A DNA stretch of 64,000 nucleotides from an uncultured Fibrobacteraceae bacterium (GTDB lineage: Bacteria; Krumholzibacteriota; Krumholzibacteriia; LZORAL124-64-63). Position 1 is the stretch's first letter; each line of letters starts with the position of its first letter. The translations under genes were made by a program, and so were the position numbers. A model generated the notes under the pieces. That model made no database searches. It had not been told where the DNA came from and saw nothing but the letters and a program-made list of their open reading frames with translations. The DNA lies in assembly GCA_964343835.1 (NCBI GenBank), contig CAYFKR010000008.1, positions 64,318-128,317 of the forward strand. Direction: 5' to 3'. Shown piece by piece: positions 17,505 to 27,292 of this stretch.

Positions 17505-19058
17505 CTAGCGGGGCTTCATCACCACGAACGGCACGATCATCTCCTCCATGCTGATGCCCCCGTGCTGGAAGCTGTTGCGATAGAGACGCTCGTACTCGTG
17601 GAAGTTGGTGGGGTAGACGAGGTAGTCGTTCCCCGTGGTGATGGCGTAGTTCTCGATGGCCGACTGGCGCGGCAGCATGTAGTCCTCGGGATCCTTCATC
17701 AGGAACACGTGCTTTTCGTCCACGCCCAGGTTGTCGCCGTACTTGTAGCGCACGTTGGTGCTGGTCTCGCGGTTGGCCTTGACCGTCGTGGCGCGATCAC
17801 AGAACACGGAGCCGTGGTCCGTGGTGATGATCACCGTGCAGTCGCGGCGGGCGAGGGTCTTGAGCACGTCGAACAGGTTCGAATGCTCGAACCAGCTGCG
17901 CATCAGGGAGCGGAAGGCCGGCACGTCGGGCGCCAGTTCCTTGAGGATGGTGGACTGGGACCGACCGTGGGCCATGATGTCCAGGAAGTTGTAGACCGCA
18001 GCCACCAGGCGCACGTCGTCCAGGGAGCCCACGTTACGGCTCAGGTCGTCGGTGTCCCGGGCATCGAAGACCTTGTAGTACTTGTAACTGTCGGCGGCCG
18101 GCGATCCCAGGCGCTTGAGCTGTTCGCCCAGCAGTTCGGCCTCGTGGGCGTTCTTGGAGTGCTGCTGACGGCTCGAGCCTCGCCACCAGTCGGGATAGCG
18201 CGACGCGATCTCGCGGGGGTACAGCCCGCTGAACAGTGCGTTGCGGGCGAAGGGCGTGGCCGAGGGCAGGATGGACCAGTAGTGGCGGCGGTCCAGGTGG
18301 TAGAAGGGTTCCAGCAGGCTTTCCACGAAGCGCCACTGATCCAGCCTCATGCAGTCGATGACGATCCAGAAGAGCTGGCTCGAGCCCTCCACCTCGGGTG
18401 CGACCCAGGTGCGGAAGAGATCGGGGCTGAGCAGGGGCGCGCCGTCGGCTCCGTTGACCCAGCCGGCGTAGTTCTCACGGACGTGGCGCACGAAGGCACG
18501 ATTGGCCTCGGCGTGCATCTCGTCGTGGCTGGCCAGCAGGCCGTGGTCGCCGTCGGCGAAGAGATCCAGCTCCCACTGCACGAGGTCGTTGTACAGGGAC
18601 TCCCAGTCGGCCACGCCGGCGGCGGTGCCGATGCGGTCCTGGGTGGCCATGAAGTGGCTCGTGAAGTCGCGGCTGAGCTGCTCGCCGCGGATGCGGCGGC
18701 CCTCCAGCAGGCGCTTCAGGGCCGAGACGATCTGCAGGGGCGACACCGGCTTGACGAGGTAGTCGTCGATGCGCTTGCCGATGGCGCGGTTCATGAGGTC
18801 CTCTTCCTCGCTCTTGGTGATCATGATCACCGGCACCGACTCGCGGACCTTCTTGAGCTCGGCGAGGGTCTCGAGGCCCGTCATGCCGGGCATCATCTCG
18901 TCCAGGAGGATGGCGTCGTAGGGCGTGCCCCGGAGCTTCTCCACGGCGTCCTGCCCGTTGGTCACGCCGTCCACCTCGTAGCCCTTGTCGCCGAGGTACA
19001 CGAGGTGGGAGCGGAGCTCCTCGATCTGGTCGTCAACCCACAGGATCTTGAAGGCCAC
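17505..19058 (-). CDS. porX: PorX-like response regulator: CheY-like receiver + PglZ (alkaline-phosphatase-superfamily) domain
   Basis: Receiver KILWVDDQ...DAILLDEMMPGMTGLE...LVKP. C-terminal PglZ-type domain (...IITTDHGSVF...). Length 517 aa, matching PorX (about 518 aa). Confidence 0.65.
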   Translation of the reverse strand: MAFKILWVDDQIEELRSHLVYLGDKGYEVDGVTNGQDAVEKLRGTPYDAILLDEMMPGMTGLETLAELKKVRESVPVIMITKSEEEDLMNRAIGKRIDDYLVKPVSPLQIVSALKRLLEGRRIRGEQLSRDFTSHFMATQDRIGTAAGVADWESLYNDLVQWELDLFADGDHGLLASHDEMHAEANRAFVRHVRENYAGWVNGADGAPLLSPDLFRTWVAPEVEGSSQLFWIVIDCMRLDQWRFVESLLEPFYHLDRRHYWSILPSATPFARNALFSGLYPREIASRYPDWWRGSSRQQHSKNAHEAELLGEQLKRLGSPAADSYKYYKVFDARDTDDLSRNVGSLDDVRLVAAVYNFLDIMAHGRSQSTILKELAPDVPAFRSLMRSWFEHSNLFDVLKTLARRDCTVIITTDHGSVFCDRATTVKANRETSTNVRYKYGDNLGVDEKHVFLMKDPEDYMLPRQSAIENYAITTGNDYLVYPTNFHEYERLYRNSFQHGGISMEEMIVPFVVMKPR

Positions 19059-20301
19059 GCTGGGGCTCCTCTCCGGGAATCGTGATCAGGAAGGTGGTGC
19101 CGCCGGGACCGGTCTCCTCCACGGAGATCCGCCCGGCGTGATACTGCACGACGATGCGCCGCACGAGTGCGAGGCCCATGCCCCAGCCGCGCGACTTGGT
19201 GGTGAACCCGGGCTCGAAGATCCGGTTCCGCTTGCCGGGCGCGATGCCGCCGCCCGTGTCGCGGACGCGGATGCGGACCGAGCCGCCGGGGCCGTCGTCC
19301 AGGATCACGTCGATGCGGCCGCTGCGGTCCTTGAGGGCGTCGATGCCGTTCTTGATGAGGTTCTCCAGCACCCATTCCATCAGGTCGCGGTTATAGCGGC
19401 AACGGCGCGAGGTCCGACAGTCGCACACCAGCTCCACGCGCCCGCCCAGATGGGGCAGCCGACGCTCGAAATAGGCCACGCTGGAGCGCACGGCGTCGGC
19501 GATGTCCGTATCCTGGAGCTGGGGCTTCGATCCGATCTGGCTGAAGCGCTCGCTCACCTTGCCCAGGCGCTTCACGTCGCGGTCCAGCTCCGTGACGATC
19601 TCGTCGTCGCCGTGACGGTCGTTGAGCACGGCCACCCAGCCCAGGATCGCCGTGATGGGCGTGCCCAGCTGGTGGGCCGTCTCCTTGGCCATGCCCGCGA
19701 AGAGGCGCTGCTCCTCGCCGTCGCGTTTGACGCTCAGGGCCCAGGCGATGGCCAGGAAGAACACGCCCAGCAGGGCCAGCTCCGCCCAGGGCAGCCAGCG
19801 GATCTGGCGCCCCACCGCCGAGTGCCCGTAGTGGAGGGTCAGCATGCGCTGCCCCGTCGACGGGCTGGTGATGGCGAAGGGCTCGTTGATGGCGTCGAAC
19901 TCGTCGACCAGCTCCAGGATACGGTCGATCTCCGGGGAGTTGCCCCCCTCGGGGTTCACTCCCAGCAGCGTGAGCTGCTGGTCGGGCATGGGGATGCCCA
20001 CCACCGGGCCGTTCCACAGCAGCGGCCGCCCCTGGTTGTCGGTCACGATGAAGGGGACCTCGAGCCGCCGCGTCTTGTCCATGACGTCGCGCAGCACGTC
20101 GTTCTCGCCCTGGCCGAGGGACATGCTCGCGAAGTGGGAAAGCAGCCACGTGCTGAGCCGCGACTGCTCCTCCACGCGGTCGGCCACCCGGAAGGAGATG
20201 GCCCCCACCGAGAACACGATGACGGCGGTCCCACCCAGGACGAAGGCCGCGAAGAGCTGACGCTTGCGGACGAAGTTGAGCGTCCGGGGCCACCAGGTCA
20301 T
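19033..20301 (-). CDS. sensor histidine kinase (two TM segments, periplasmic loop; HisKA + HATPase), cognate partner of the PorX-like regulator
   Basis: H-box HQLGTPITAILGW, N-box ENLIKNGIDAL, G-boxes DTGGGI / GWGMGLALV. TM helices flank a periplasmic segment of about 140 aa. 26-nt overlap with the response-regulator gene. Confidence 0.75.
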   Translation of the reverse strand: MTWWPRTLNFVRKRQLFAAFVLGGTAVIVFSVGAISFRVADRVEEQSRLSTWLLSHFASMSLGQGENDVLRDVMDKTRRLEVPFIVTDNQGRPLLWNGPVVGIPMPDQQLTLLGVNPEGGNSPEIDRILELVDEFDAINEPFAITSPSTGQRMLTLHYGHSAVGRQIRWLPWAELALLGVFFLAIAWALSVKRDGEEQRLFAGMAKETAHQLGTPITAILGWVAVLNDRHGDDEIVTELDRDVKRLGKVSERFSQIGSKPQLQDTDIADAVRSSVAYFERRLPHLGGRVELVCDCRTSRRCRYNRDLMEWVLENLIKNGIDALKDRSGRIDVILDDGPGGSVRIRVRDTGGGIAPGKRNRIFEPGFTTKSRGWGMGLALVRRIVVQYHAGRISVEETGPGGTTFLITIPGEEPQRGLQDPVG

Positions 20302-20326
20302 GGGCCTCTCCTCGGGATGCGGGGAC

Positions 20327-21586
20327 TCAGCCGATGAATTCGTCGCCGCCCATGTACGGCCTCAGGGCCTCCGGCACCCGGATGCGGCCGTCGGCGGTCT
20401 GGAAGTTCTCCATGATCGCCACCAGGACGCGGGGCAGGGCCAGTCCCGAGCCGTTGAGGGTGTGGACGAATCCCTTGGCGTCGCCGCCCTTGAAGCGGAT
20501 GCCGGCGCGGCGGGCCTGGAAGTCGCCGAAGTTGCTGCACGACGACACCTCGAGCCACTGCTCCACGCCCGGCGACCAGACCTCCAGGTCGTAGCACTTG
20601 GCCGCGGCGAAGCTCAGGTCGCCCGTCGCCAGGGCCAGCACCCGGTACGGCAGTTCGAGGCGGCGCAGGATCTCCTCGGCGTCGTCGGTCAGGCTCTCGA
20701 GCGTGTCCCAGGACGCCTCGGGGGCGGTGAACTGCACCATCTCCACCTTGTGGAACTGGTGCACGCGGAGCAGGCCGCGGGTGTCCTTGCCCGCGGCGCC
20801 GGCCTCGCGGCGGAAGCAGGGCGAGAAGGCCACGTACTTCACGGGCAGGCGGTCGGCCTCGAGGGTGGACCGGCGATGGATGTTGGTGACCGAGACCTCG
20901 GCCGTGGGGATCAGGTAGAGGTCGTCGACGGCGCAGTGGTACATGTCGTCAGCCATCTTCGGGAGCTGCCCGGTGCCGGTCATGGCCTCGGGGTTCACGA
21001 GGTAGGGGACATTGACCTCCTCGTAGCCCTGCTCCAGGTGGACGTCGATCATGAAGTTGATCAGGGCGCGCTCCAGGCGGGCGCCGGCACCCTTGAGCAG
21101 GGTGAAGCCCGAGCCGCTCATGCCCACGGCGGCCTCGAGGTCCATGATGCCCAGGGCGGCGCCGATGTCCCAGTGGGGCTGCACGTCGAAGTCCGGGTCC
21201 AGGGGCTCGCCCCAGGACCGCACCTCCACGTTGTCCTCCTCCCCGCCCACCGGCACGCTCTCGTGCGGGATGTTGGGGATGCGCATGTAGAGGGCGTCGA
21301 CCTCGGCCTCGGCGCCGTCGGCGGCCGCCTTCAGGTCCTTGATGCGGGCCGAGACGGCTTTCATCTCGGCGATGGCGGCGTCGGCGTCTCCGCCGGACTT
21401 GCGGGCCTCGGCGATGGCCTTGTTGGCCTTGTTGGCCTCGGCCTGGAGGGCCTCGACCTCCTGGAGCGCGGCCCGGCGGGCTGCGTCCTTCTCGTAGTAG
21501 GCGTCGACGTCGACGCTCTCGCGCTTGGCGGCGACGGCGGCCGTGACCGCCTCCCTGTTGTCGCGCAGAAACTTGCGATCCAGCAC
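20327..21586 (-). CDS. serS: seryl-tRNA synthetase
   Basis: N-terminal coiled coil, then class II motifs (FRREAG, GLLRVHQF, GSGLALPR). Confidence 0.9.
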   Translation of the reverse strand: MLDRKFLRDNREAVTAAVAAKRESVDVDAYYEKDAARRAALQEVEALQAEANKANKAIAEARKSGGDADAAIAEMKAVSARIKDLKAAADGAEAEVDALYMRIPNIPHESVPVGGEEDNVEVRSWGEPLDPDFDVQPHWDIGAALGIMDLEAAVGMSGSGFTLLKGAGARLERALINFMIDVHLEQGYEEVNVPYLVNPEAMTGTGQLPKMADDMYHCAVDDLYLIPTAEVSVTNIHRRSTLEADRLPVKYVAFSPCFRREAGAAGKDTRGLLRVHQFHKVEMVQFTAPEASWDTLESLTDDAEEILRRLELPYRVLALATGDLSFAAAKCYDLEVWSPGVEQWLEVSSCSNFGDFQARRAGIRFKGGDAKGFVHTLNGSGLALPRVLVAIMENFQTADGRIRVPEALRPYMGGDEFIG

Positions 21587-21741
21587 GGGGTTGCCCTCCT
21601 GCGGGGTGCCGAGTCCGTCCTTGCATTCGATCGGGTCGATTGCTAGAAGGGTATAGACTATCGCCCCGGAGCGAACAAGGCAAATCGGGAGCGGACAAGG
21701 CCGAACGCCGCTTCCGGACCTTCACAGAACAGGACCCGACC

Positions 21742-22494
21742 ATGGATCGCGAGTCGAAGCTTGCATCCCTGAGGCAGACGCCCGCCGCAGGACGGATCAT
21801 CACGGCCCTGGACGTGCCGGACATCGCCGCCGCCGAGGTGCTCAACGGGCGCCTGGGTCCCCACGCCCACTGGGTGAAGGTGGGTATGGAGCTGTTCACG
21901 GCCACGGGGCCCCGGATCGTGGACGATCTGCGCGACGGCGGCCGCGACGTCTTCCTGGACCTCAAGTTCAAGGACATCCCCAACACCGTCGCCGGCGCCG
22001 TGCGCTCGGCCTGCGGCCTGGGCGTGGGCATGCTCACGCTCCACGCCTCGGGGGGCCGACGCATGCTGGAGGCCGCGGTGGCCGCCGCCCGCGAGACGGC
22101 GGGCGAGGACGGCCCGCGCCCCGCGCTGCTGGCCGTGACGGTCCTGACGAGCTTCACCCTCGAGGAGCTCGACGAGGTGGCTCCCGGCGGCGGCGCCATG
22201 CCCGACCGCATCGTGCGGCTGGCCCGGGTGGCCTGGGAGAGCGGATGCGACGGCATCGTGTGCTCCCCCGCCGACCTGCCCGCCGTCCGCGCCGAGCTGG
22301 GCGACGACATCCTCTGCGTGACCCCGGGCGTACGCCCCGCGGGTTCCGCCGGCGGCGACGACCAGCGTCGCGTCGCCACCCCCGCGAGCGCCGTGGCCGA
22401 CGGCGCCGACTTCCTCGTCGTGGGACGCCCCGTGACGAAGGCCGACGACCCGACCGCCGCCCTCGCGGCCATCGCCAAGGAGATCTCGCCGTGA
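21742..22494 (+). CDS. pyrF: orotidine-5'-phosphate decarboxylase
   Basis: ITALDVPD... and DLKFKDIPNT (catalytic Lys). Start MDRESK at 21742. Confidence 0.8.
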   Translation: MDRESKLASLRQTPAAGRIITALDVPDIAAAEVLNGRLGPHAHWVKVGMELFTATGPRIVDDLRDGGRDVFLDLKFKDIPNTVAGAVRSACGLGVGMLTLHASGGRRMLEAAVAAARETAGEDGPRPALLAVTVLTSFTLEELDEVAPGGGAMPDRIVRLARVAWESGCDGIVCSPADLPAVRAELGDDILCVTPGVRPAGSAGGDDQRRVATPASAVADGADFLVVGRPVTKADDPTAALAAIAKEISP

Positions 22495-23069
22495 CCGAAG
22501 ACATGGACATCCTGGAGCTCATGCGCGAGCTCGGCGCCCTCAAGTCCGGACACTTCCAGCTGAGCAGCGGCCGCCACAGCGACACCTACTTCCAGTGCGC
22601 CCAGATCCTCCAGTTCCCGGACCTGGCCCGGGAGGTGGGTCGCCGCATCGCCGCCCTGGCCGACGCCAACGAGATCGACGTGGTGGTCGCCCCCGCCCTC
22701 GGTGCCGTGCTCCTGGGTCACGAGGTGGCCCGCGCCCTCGGCCGGCGCTTCGTCTTCACGGAGCGCAAGGAGGGCGCCATGACCATGCGCCGCGGCTTCG
22801 CCCTGGAACCCGGCGAGAAGGTGATGATCGTGGAGGACGTGGTGACCCGCGGCACGTCGACGCGCGAGGTCGTGGACATCGTGACGGCCGAGGGCGGCGT
22901 GGTCACCGCCATGGCCTGCCTCGTGGACCGCACGGACGACTCGGTGGAACTCCCCGGCGAGCTGCGCTCCCTGGCCAAGGTGGCGGCGGTGAGCTGGGCG
23001 CCGGAGGAATGCCCCCTCTGCGCCGACGGCAAGGCCATCGAGAGCCCCGGCAGCCGCAGGAGCAACTGA
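22491..23069 (+). CDS. pyrE: orotate phosphoribosyltransferase
   Basis: PRPP-binding loop VMIVEDVVTRGTS. GTGA start/stop overlap with pyrF. Confidence 0.8.
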   Translation: MTEDMDILELMRELGALKSGHFQLSSGRHSDTYFQCAQILQFPDLAREVGRRIAALADANEIDVVVAPALGAVLLGHEVARALGRRFVFTERKEGAMTMRRGFALEPGEKVMIVEDVVTRGTSTREVVDIVTAEGGVVTAMACLVDRTDDSVELPGELRSLAKVAAVSWAPEECPLCADGKAIESPGSRRSN

Positions 23070-24533
23070 GTGGAAGGCCGCCGCCGGCAGGCCGCCGTCC
23101 TCCTGTTGACGGCCCTGGCGGTCGCGGCCTGGCTCGGGACCCATCCTCCCGTCCCCCAGCACCCCGACAGCGACCTCTATACCCACCTGGGCGTCGCCCG
23201 CCACCTGCTGGCGGGCGACGGCTTCCTCTGCGACGTCACCTACCCCCTGTCCCACGCCTTCCCCTTCGCCGCGAGCGTCCCCCAGCCCCTGGTCCACCGC
23301 CCGCCGGGCTACCCGCTGCTGCTGGCCGTGCCGGTGGCCTTCTCCGGCGGCGACCCGGACCTCGCCGTGAACCTGACGCGCCTGTTCACCGCGGCCCTGC
23401 TGGCCGGCGTGCTGATGCTGGGGGCCTTCGAACCGTCCCGACGCGGACGCCCCGAGGCACTGCTGCCCTGGCTGACGATCATGGTCGCCGCCCCGCTGGT
23501 CGACATGACGGTCCGGTGGTGCCAGGTGGAGGTGGCAACGTCGCTGGTGCTGCTCGGGGTCTGGCGCCTGGCGGGACGGGCCGGAGGAGGAGCGGCCCGC
23601 GGTGCCGCGGCCGGAGCGATGGCGGGTGCCGCGGCCCTGCTGCGAATCGAACTCTTCTGGGTGCCGTGGCTCTGGCTGGCCGGCCTGGAACCTCGCCGGG
23701 GCCGCCGCTGGTGGACGGCCGCCGTCCTGGCGTGGCTGGTGCTGGTCGGCCCGTGGCTCGTGCGCAACACGGTCGTGACGGGGAATCCCGCGTTCACCCT
23801 CCAGTCCCACGCCGAGCATCTGAAGGACACGCCCGATCGTCCCGGGATGTCGGCCTATCTGGGCATGGAACCCGAGACCCTGCCGGAGACCCTGCGGCGG
23901 AACCCGGGGCCGGTGCTGCGCAAGACTCTCGACGGACTCGTGTACCAGGCGGCGCGCCTGGACAACTGGTTGCCGTGGCCCCTGCTGCTGGCGGGCGCGG
24001 CGGCCCTGGTCGTGATCCGGGGTCGGGGTCGGAGCGGGCCGCGGGGCCGGCTGACCCTGCTCGCGACGACCTGGGCGGGCATGACCCTCCTCTACGCCCC
24101 CCTCTCCCACGACCTCCGCTACATGATGGCCCTGATGCCCACGGCCTCCCTGGAACTCTGCCTGGCGGCCGCGGCCCTGCTGCGGCGTGCCTCCTGGACC
24201 GACCGGTCACCGGGTTCGCGGTGGATCGTGCTCGGCGCGGCCACGGCGGCCGTGCTCCTGCTCTTCCCCCCGCGCATGCCCGGCTGGGACCGGGCCCGCG
24301 ATTCGGCGGACGGCCTATGGCTCGACGCCGGCGCCGCCCTGGCGCGCACGCGTGTGCTGCCGGACGGTCCCATCATTACGGACCACGCGGCGGTGTTCTG
24401 GCTGTCGGGAAGGGCGGGCGTGGTGAGGCCCGCAACCGAGGAGGTGTCGGAGCGGTTGCGGGCCGAAGTCGTCGGATTGTCGAAGGCCATCGACGTCCGC
24501 GGCGCGGGGAGCGCCGATCAGGGAATCAACTGA
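23070..24533 (+). CDS. polytopic membrane protein, GT-C (GT39/ArnT/PMT-like) glycosyltransferase candidate
   Basis: At least 10 predicted TM helices. N-terminal HPDSDLYTHLGVARHLLAGDGFL loop resembling the PMT/ArnT first loop. No definitive catalytic motif. Confidence 0.35.
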   Translation: MEGRRRQAAVLLLTALAVAAWLGTHPPVPQHPDSDLYTHLGVARHLLAGDGFLCDVTYPLSHAFPFAASVPQPLVHRPPGYPLLLAVPVAFSGGDPDLAVNLTRLFTAALLAGVLMLGAFEPSRRGRPEALLPWLTIMVAAPLVDMTVRWCQVEVATSLVLLGVWRLAGRAGGGAARGAAAGAMAGAAALLRIELFWVPWLWLAGLEPRRGRRWWTAAVLAWLVLVGPWLVRNTVVTGNPAFTLQSHAEHLKDTPDRPGMSAYLGMEPETLPETLRRNPGPVLRKTLDGLVYQAARLDNWLPWPLLLAGAAALVVIRGRGRSGPRGRLTLLATTWAGMTLLYAPLSHDLRYMMALMPTASLELCLAAAALLRRASWTDRSPGSRWIVLGAATAAVLLLFPPRMPGWDRARDSADGLWLDAGAALARTRVLPDGPIITDHAAVFWLSGRAGVVRPATEEVSERLRAEVVGLSKAIDVRGAGSADQGIN

Positions 24534-24792
24534 CGATCGCCACCACCAGGCCGCCCAGCAGACAGAGGGGCAGGATCGCCGCCACCAGCAGCAGGGGGAC
24601 CGCAGCGGTGAGCAGCGCACCGCCGACCAGCAATACGGGCACGAGCACCACGAGGGTCAGCAGGCCCTTGGTCAGGAACAGCAGCAGCTTCAGGGGAATC
24701 AGGGCCACCGAGAAGATCACTTTCAGCAGGAACAGTCCCACCGTCAGCACCACCATCAGGGTCGCCAGTCCGATCACGAGTTCGAAGAACAT
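24526..24792 (-). CDS. small hydrophobic membrane protein (two TM helices)
   Basis: MFFELVIGLATLMVVLTVGLFLLKVIFSVALIPLKLLLFL... Start chosen at MFFEL. Convergent 8-nt overlap with the upstream plus-strand gene. Confidence 0.35.
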   Translation of the reverse strand: MFFELVIGLATLMVVLTVGLFLLKVIFSVALIPLKLLLFLTKGLLTLVVLVPVLLVGGALLTAAVPLLLVAAILPLCLLGGLVVAIVS

Positions 24793-25079
24793 CCTCGGTC
24801 CTTCCATGCAGGGGTCCGGTCGTCGCGCACCGCCATGATACGGCAGGTCGTGCCGCAGGTTGCAGCCAGTCACCGGGATTTCCGCCCAGTACAGCACCAT
24901 TCAGCAAAGATTCTTGCCTCATGGTCATGTTATGTGATATCATCTTCTGTGATGAAGCTGCTCGCTATGGTGACGCCCCGGGGTCCGCAAGGAGTCGCGC
25001 TGCCTGGGTGAGCCCGGGTAGACCTTGCTGCGGCTTCTCTCCCTCCCCGACACGCCGTGGAGACGGTCGCGGGCGGGAT

Positions 25080-25118
25080 CCAAGAAAACGGGCCGTGGTC
25101 CTGGTGACCACGGCCCGT
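25080..25118 (-). terminator. rho-independent terminator after the M16 peptidase gene
   Basis: Minus-strand reading: AACGGGCCGTGGTC-acc-aGGACCACGGCCCGTT followed by TTTCTT. Confidence 0.45.
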
Positions 25119-25137
25119 TTCACATTCCGGAACGCTT

Positions 25138-27258
25138 CTACTGGAAGGTGTCGTCCCCGATGGTCGGGTTCAGGGTGAAGGACCCGACCGTGCCGTCGGC
25201 GAAGTGCTCGTCGTCGTGCAGGATCGTGAGCGCGCCGTAGTAGGTCACGCCGTCCATCTTCTTCCATTCCTTGTAGAACGTCTTCTGGACCACGGGGCCG
25301 CCGGACACGGGGTCCTGGCTCTTGCCCTGCTCCATGAAGGGCAGGCCGGTGGCCTGGTCCATGCAGAGCAGCGTGAAGTCGTCGCCCAGGCCGGTGATGT
25401 ACACGCGGTCGCACATCACGCCGTCCACCTCGGCGGCGTCCAGGGCCTGGCAGGTGAGCTCGGCGCTGTCGCGCAGCATCATCACCAGGTCCGACTTCAG
25501 CTCCTTCATCATCTCGTCCACCGGGGCCTCCTGGCGACCCATGGGCGTCATGGCCCAGGCTTCGTCGCCGTTCAGCACCTGCGACATCTCCCCGAAGGGC
25601 GTCTTCTGGACCATCTTCATGCGGCTGGGCAGGGCCACGGTCTTCTCGATGCCGAAGCTCAGGGCCATGCCCTGGATCTCCAGGTCGAGGGTGGCCTCGC
25701 TGGCGTAGCCGTTCATGCTCGCGAGCTTCGGGCTCATGGCCTGCAGGGCCCTGGCCATCAGCTCCTGGCCCTGGGCCAGGGTCTCGGGCGTGGCGGCGGG
25801 CACGTCGAGGGTCATCTTCGGCTCGGGGATCGTGATGTCGATCTCGTTCACCGGGCCGAACTTGCTCATGTCGCCGTCGAAGTCAACGGGGTTGCCCACC
25901 GCGAGGATGGACATGTCGTCGGTCTCCCACAGCTCGTCGGCGGCGGCGCGGACCTGCTCGGCCGTCATGTTCTGCACGGCGCTGCGGTAGCTGGACAGGA
26001 AGTCCTCCGGGTAGCCGTTCATCTCGAACAGCACCTGGCGGTCCAGCACCTCGCGCTTGGTGTCGTAGTTGAACACGTCGCCGTTGAGGATGCCGTCCAC
26101 GGCCACACGCAGCTCGTCGTCGGTGACCAGCTCGGTGGACATGCGCTCGATCTCGTCGAGCATCACGGTCACGGCCTGCTCCGCGGTCTGGTTCTTGGTG
26201 CCGGTGAAGGCCACGAACGTGCCGGGGAAGCGCCAGCCGGTGCCGGGCTGGCTGCCGGTGGAGTAGGCCAGACCGCGCTTGCTGCGCACCTCGTTGAACA
26301 GGCGCGAGGAGAAGCCGCCGCCCAGGATCTGGTTGGCGACCTGCAGGGCCGCGTACTGAGGGTGGTCGTTGCGGATGCCCTTGTAGCCGATGATGGTCAC
26401 GGCCTGGGTCAGGTCGTCCTTGGGCGCCACGTTCACGGTACGGGGCAGCGCGGGGACCTCGGGGTCCGCAGGCAGCGGAGTCGTCGACTTCTCCCAGCCG
26501 GCGAAGGCGGCCTCGATGGAGGCGATCATGTCGGCCTTCACGAAGTCGCCGATCACCACCAGCCACATACGGTCGGGATGGAAGAACTCCTGGTGGAAGG
26601 CCACCAGGTGGTCGCGGGTGATCGCGTTGACGCTGTCGTACTCCTCGATCCGTCCCAGCGGATGGTCGGGACCGAACATCACGCGACGGAACTCGCGGAT
26701 GGCGATCTGCATGGGCTCGTCGTTGCGGCGCGAGATGCCGGCCTTGTGCTGCGTCTTGCTCAGGTCGATCTTCTCGGGCGCGAACTGCGGGTTCATCAGG
26801 ATGTCGGCGAGGATCTCCAGGGCGAGGCCCGCGTCCTCCTTCAGGGCCGACAGGAACGCCCCGCTGGTGGCCTGGCCGCCGAAGGTCTCCACGGCGGCGC
26901 CCATGTTCTCCACCAGCTCGTCGATCTCGTCGCCCGTCCACTTGGACGTGCCGCCGGTGCGCAGCACCTCGCCGGTGATCTGGGCCAGGCCCGTCAGCTC
27001 GGCGGGCTCGTAGATGGAGCCGGCCTGGATGGTGGCCGAGAGCTGCACCATGGGCAGCTCATGGTCCTCGGCCAGGTACAGCACCATGCCGTTGTCCAGC
27101 ACCACGCGCTCGTAGTCGGGCAGCTGGATCTCGCCCAGGTCGTCGTACTTGAACTTCTCCCAGGGCTTCTTGCGGGCCGCCGCCTCGGGGGCGGTCAGCG
27201 AGACCACGAGCAGGGCGAGCAACAGCACCGCCGCGGTCTTCTGCATGAATCGGGTCAT
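25138..27258 (-). CDS. M16-family peptidase, catalytically inactive subunit (insulinase/pitrilysin fold, HxxEH replaced)
   Basis: Signal peptide present. M16 N-terminal and C-terminal domain pattern. The zinc-site position reads QITGE instead of HxxEH. Confidence 0.7.
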   Translation of the reverse strand: MTRFMQKTAAVLLLALLVVSLTAPEAAARKKPWEKFKYDDLGEIQLPDYERVVLDNGMVLYLAEDHELPMVQLSATIQAGSIYEPAELTGLAQITGEVLRTGGTSKWTGDEIDELVENMGAAVETFGGQATSGAFLSALKEDAGLALEILADILMNPQFAPEKIDLSKTQHKAGISRRNDEPMQIAIREFRRVMFGPDHPLGRIEEYDSVNAITRDHLVAFHQEFFHPDRMWLVVIGDFVKADMIASIEAAFAGWEKSTTPLPADPEVPALPRTVNVAPKDDLTQAVTIIGYKGIRNDHPQYAALQVANQILGGGFSSRLFNEVRSKRGLAYSTGSQPGTGWRFPGTFVAFTGTKNQTAEQAVTVMLDEIERMSTELVTDDELRVAVDGILNGDVFNYDTKREVLDRQVLFEMNGYPEDFLSSYRSAVQNMTAEQVRAAADELWETDDMSILAVGNPVDFDGDMSKFGPVNEIDITIPEPKMTLDVPAATPETLAQGQELMARALQAMSPKLASMNGYASEATLDLEIQGMALSFGIEKTVALPSRMKMVQKTPFGEMSQVLNGDEAWAMTPMGRQEAPVDEMMKELKSDLVMMLRDSAELTCQALDAAEVDGVMCDRVYITGLGDDFTLLCMDQATGLPFMEQGKSQDPVSGGPVVQKTFYKEWKKMDGVTYYGALTILHDDEHFADGTVGSFTLNPTIGDDTFQ

Positions 27259-27292
27259 GTCGGATCCTTTCTATGCGTCGGACGCGGGGTTC

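Noticed and set aside
16959-19085. 708-aa plus-strand ORF antisense to tsaE and the PorX-like gene; likewise 20949..24110(-), 22595..24838(+), 27149..30202(+), 54006..56054(+), 56748..60608(+)
   Set aside because: All are G/A/R/P-dominated translations lacking secondary-structure-like periodicity or motifs, each antisense to or out of frame with a well-supported gene. Typical high-GC long-ORF artefacts.
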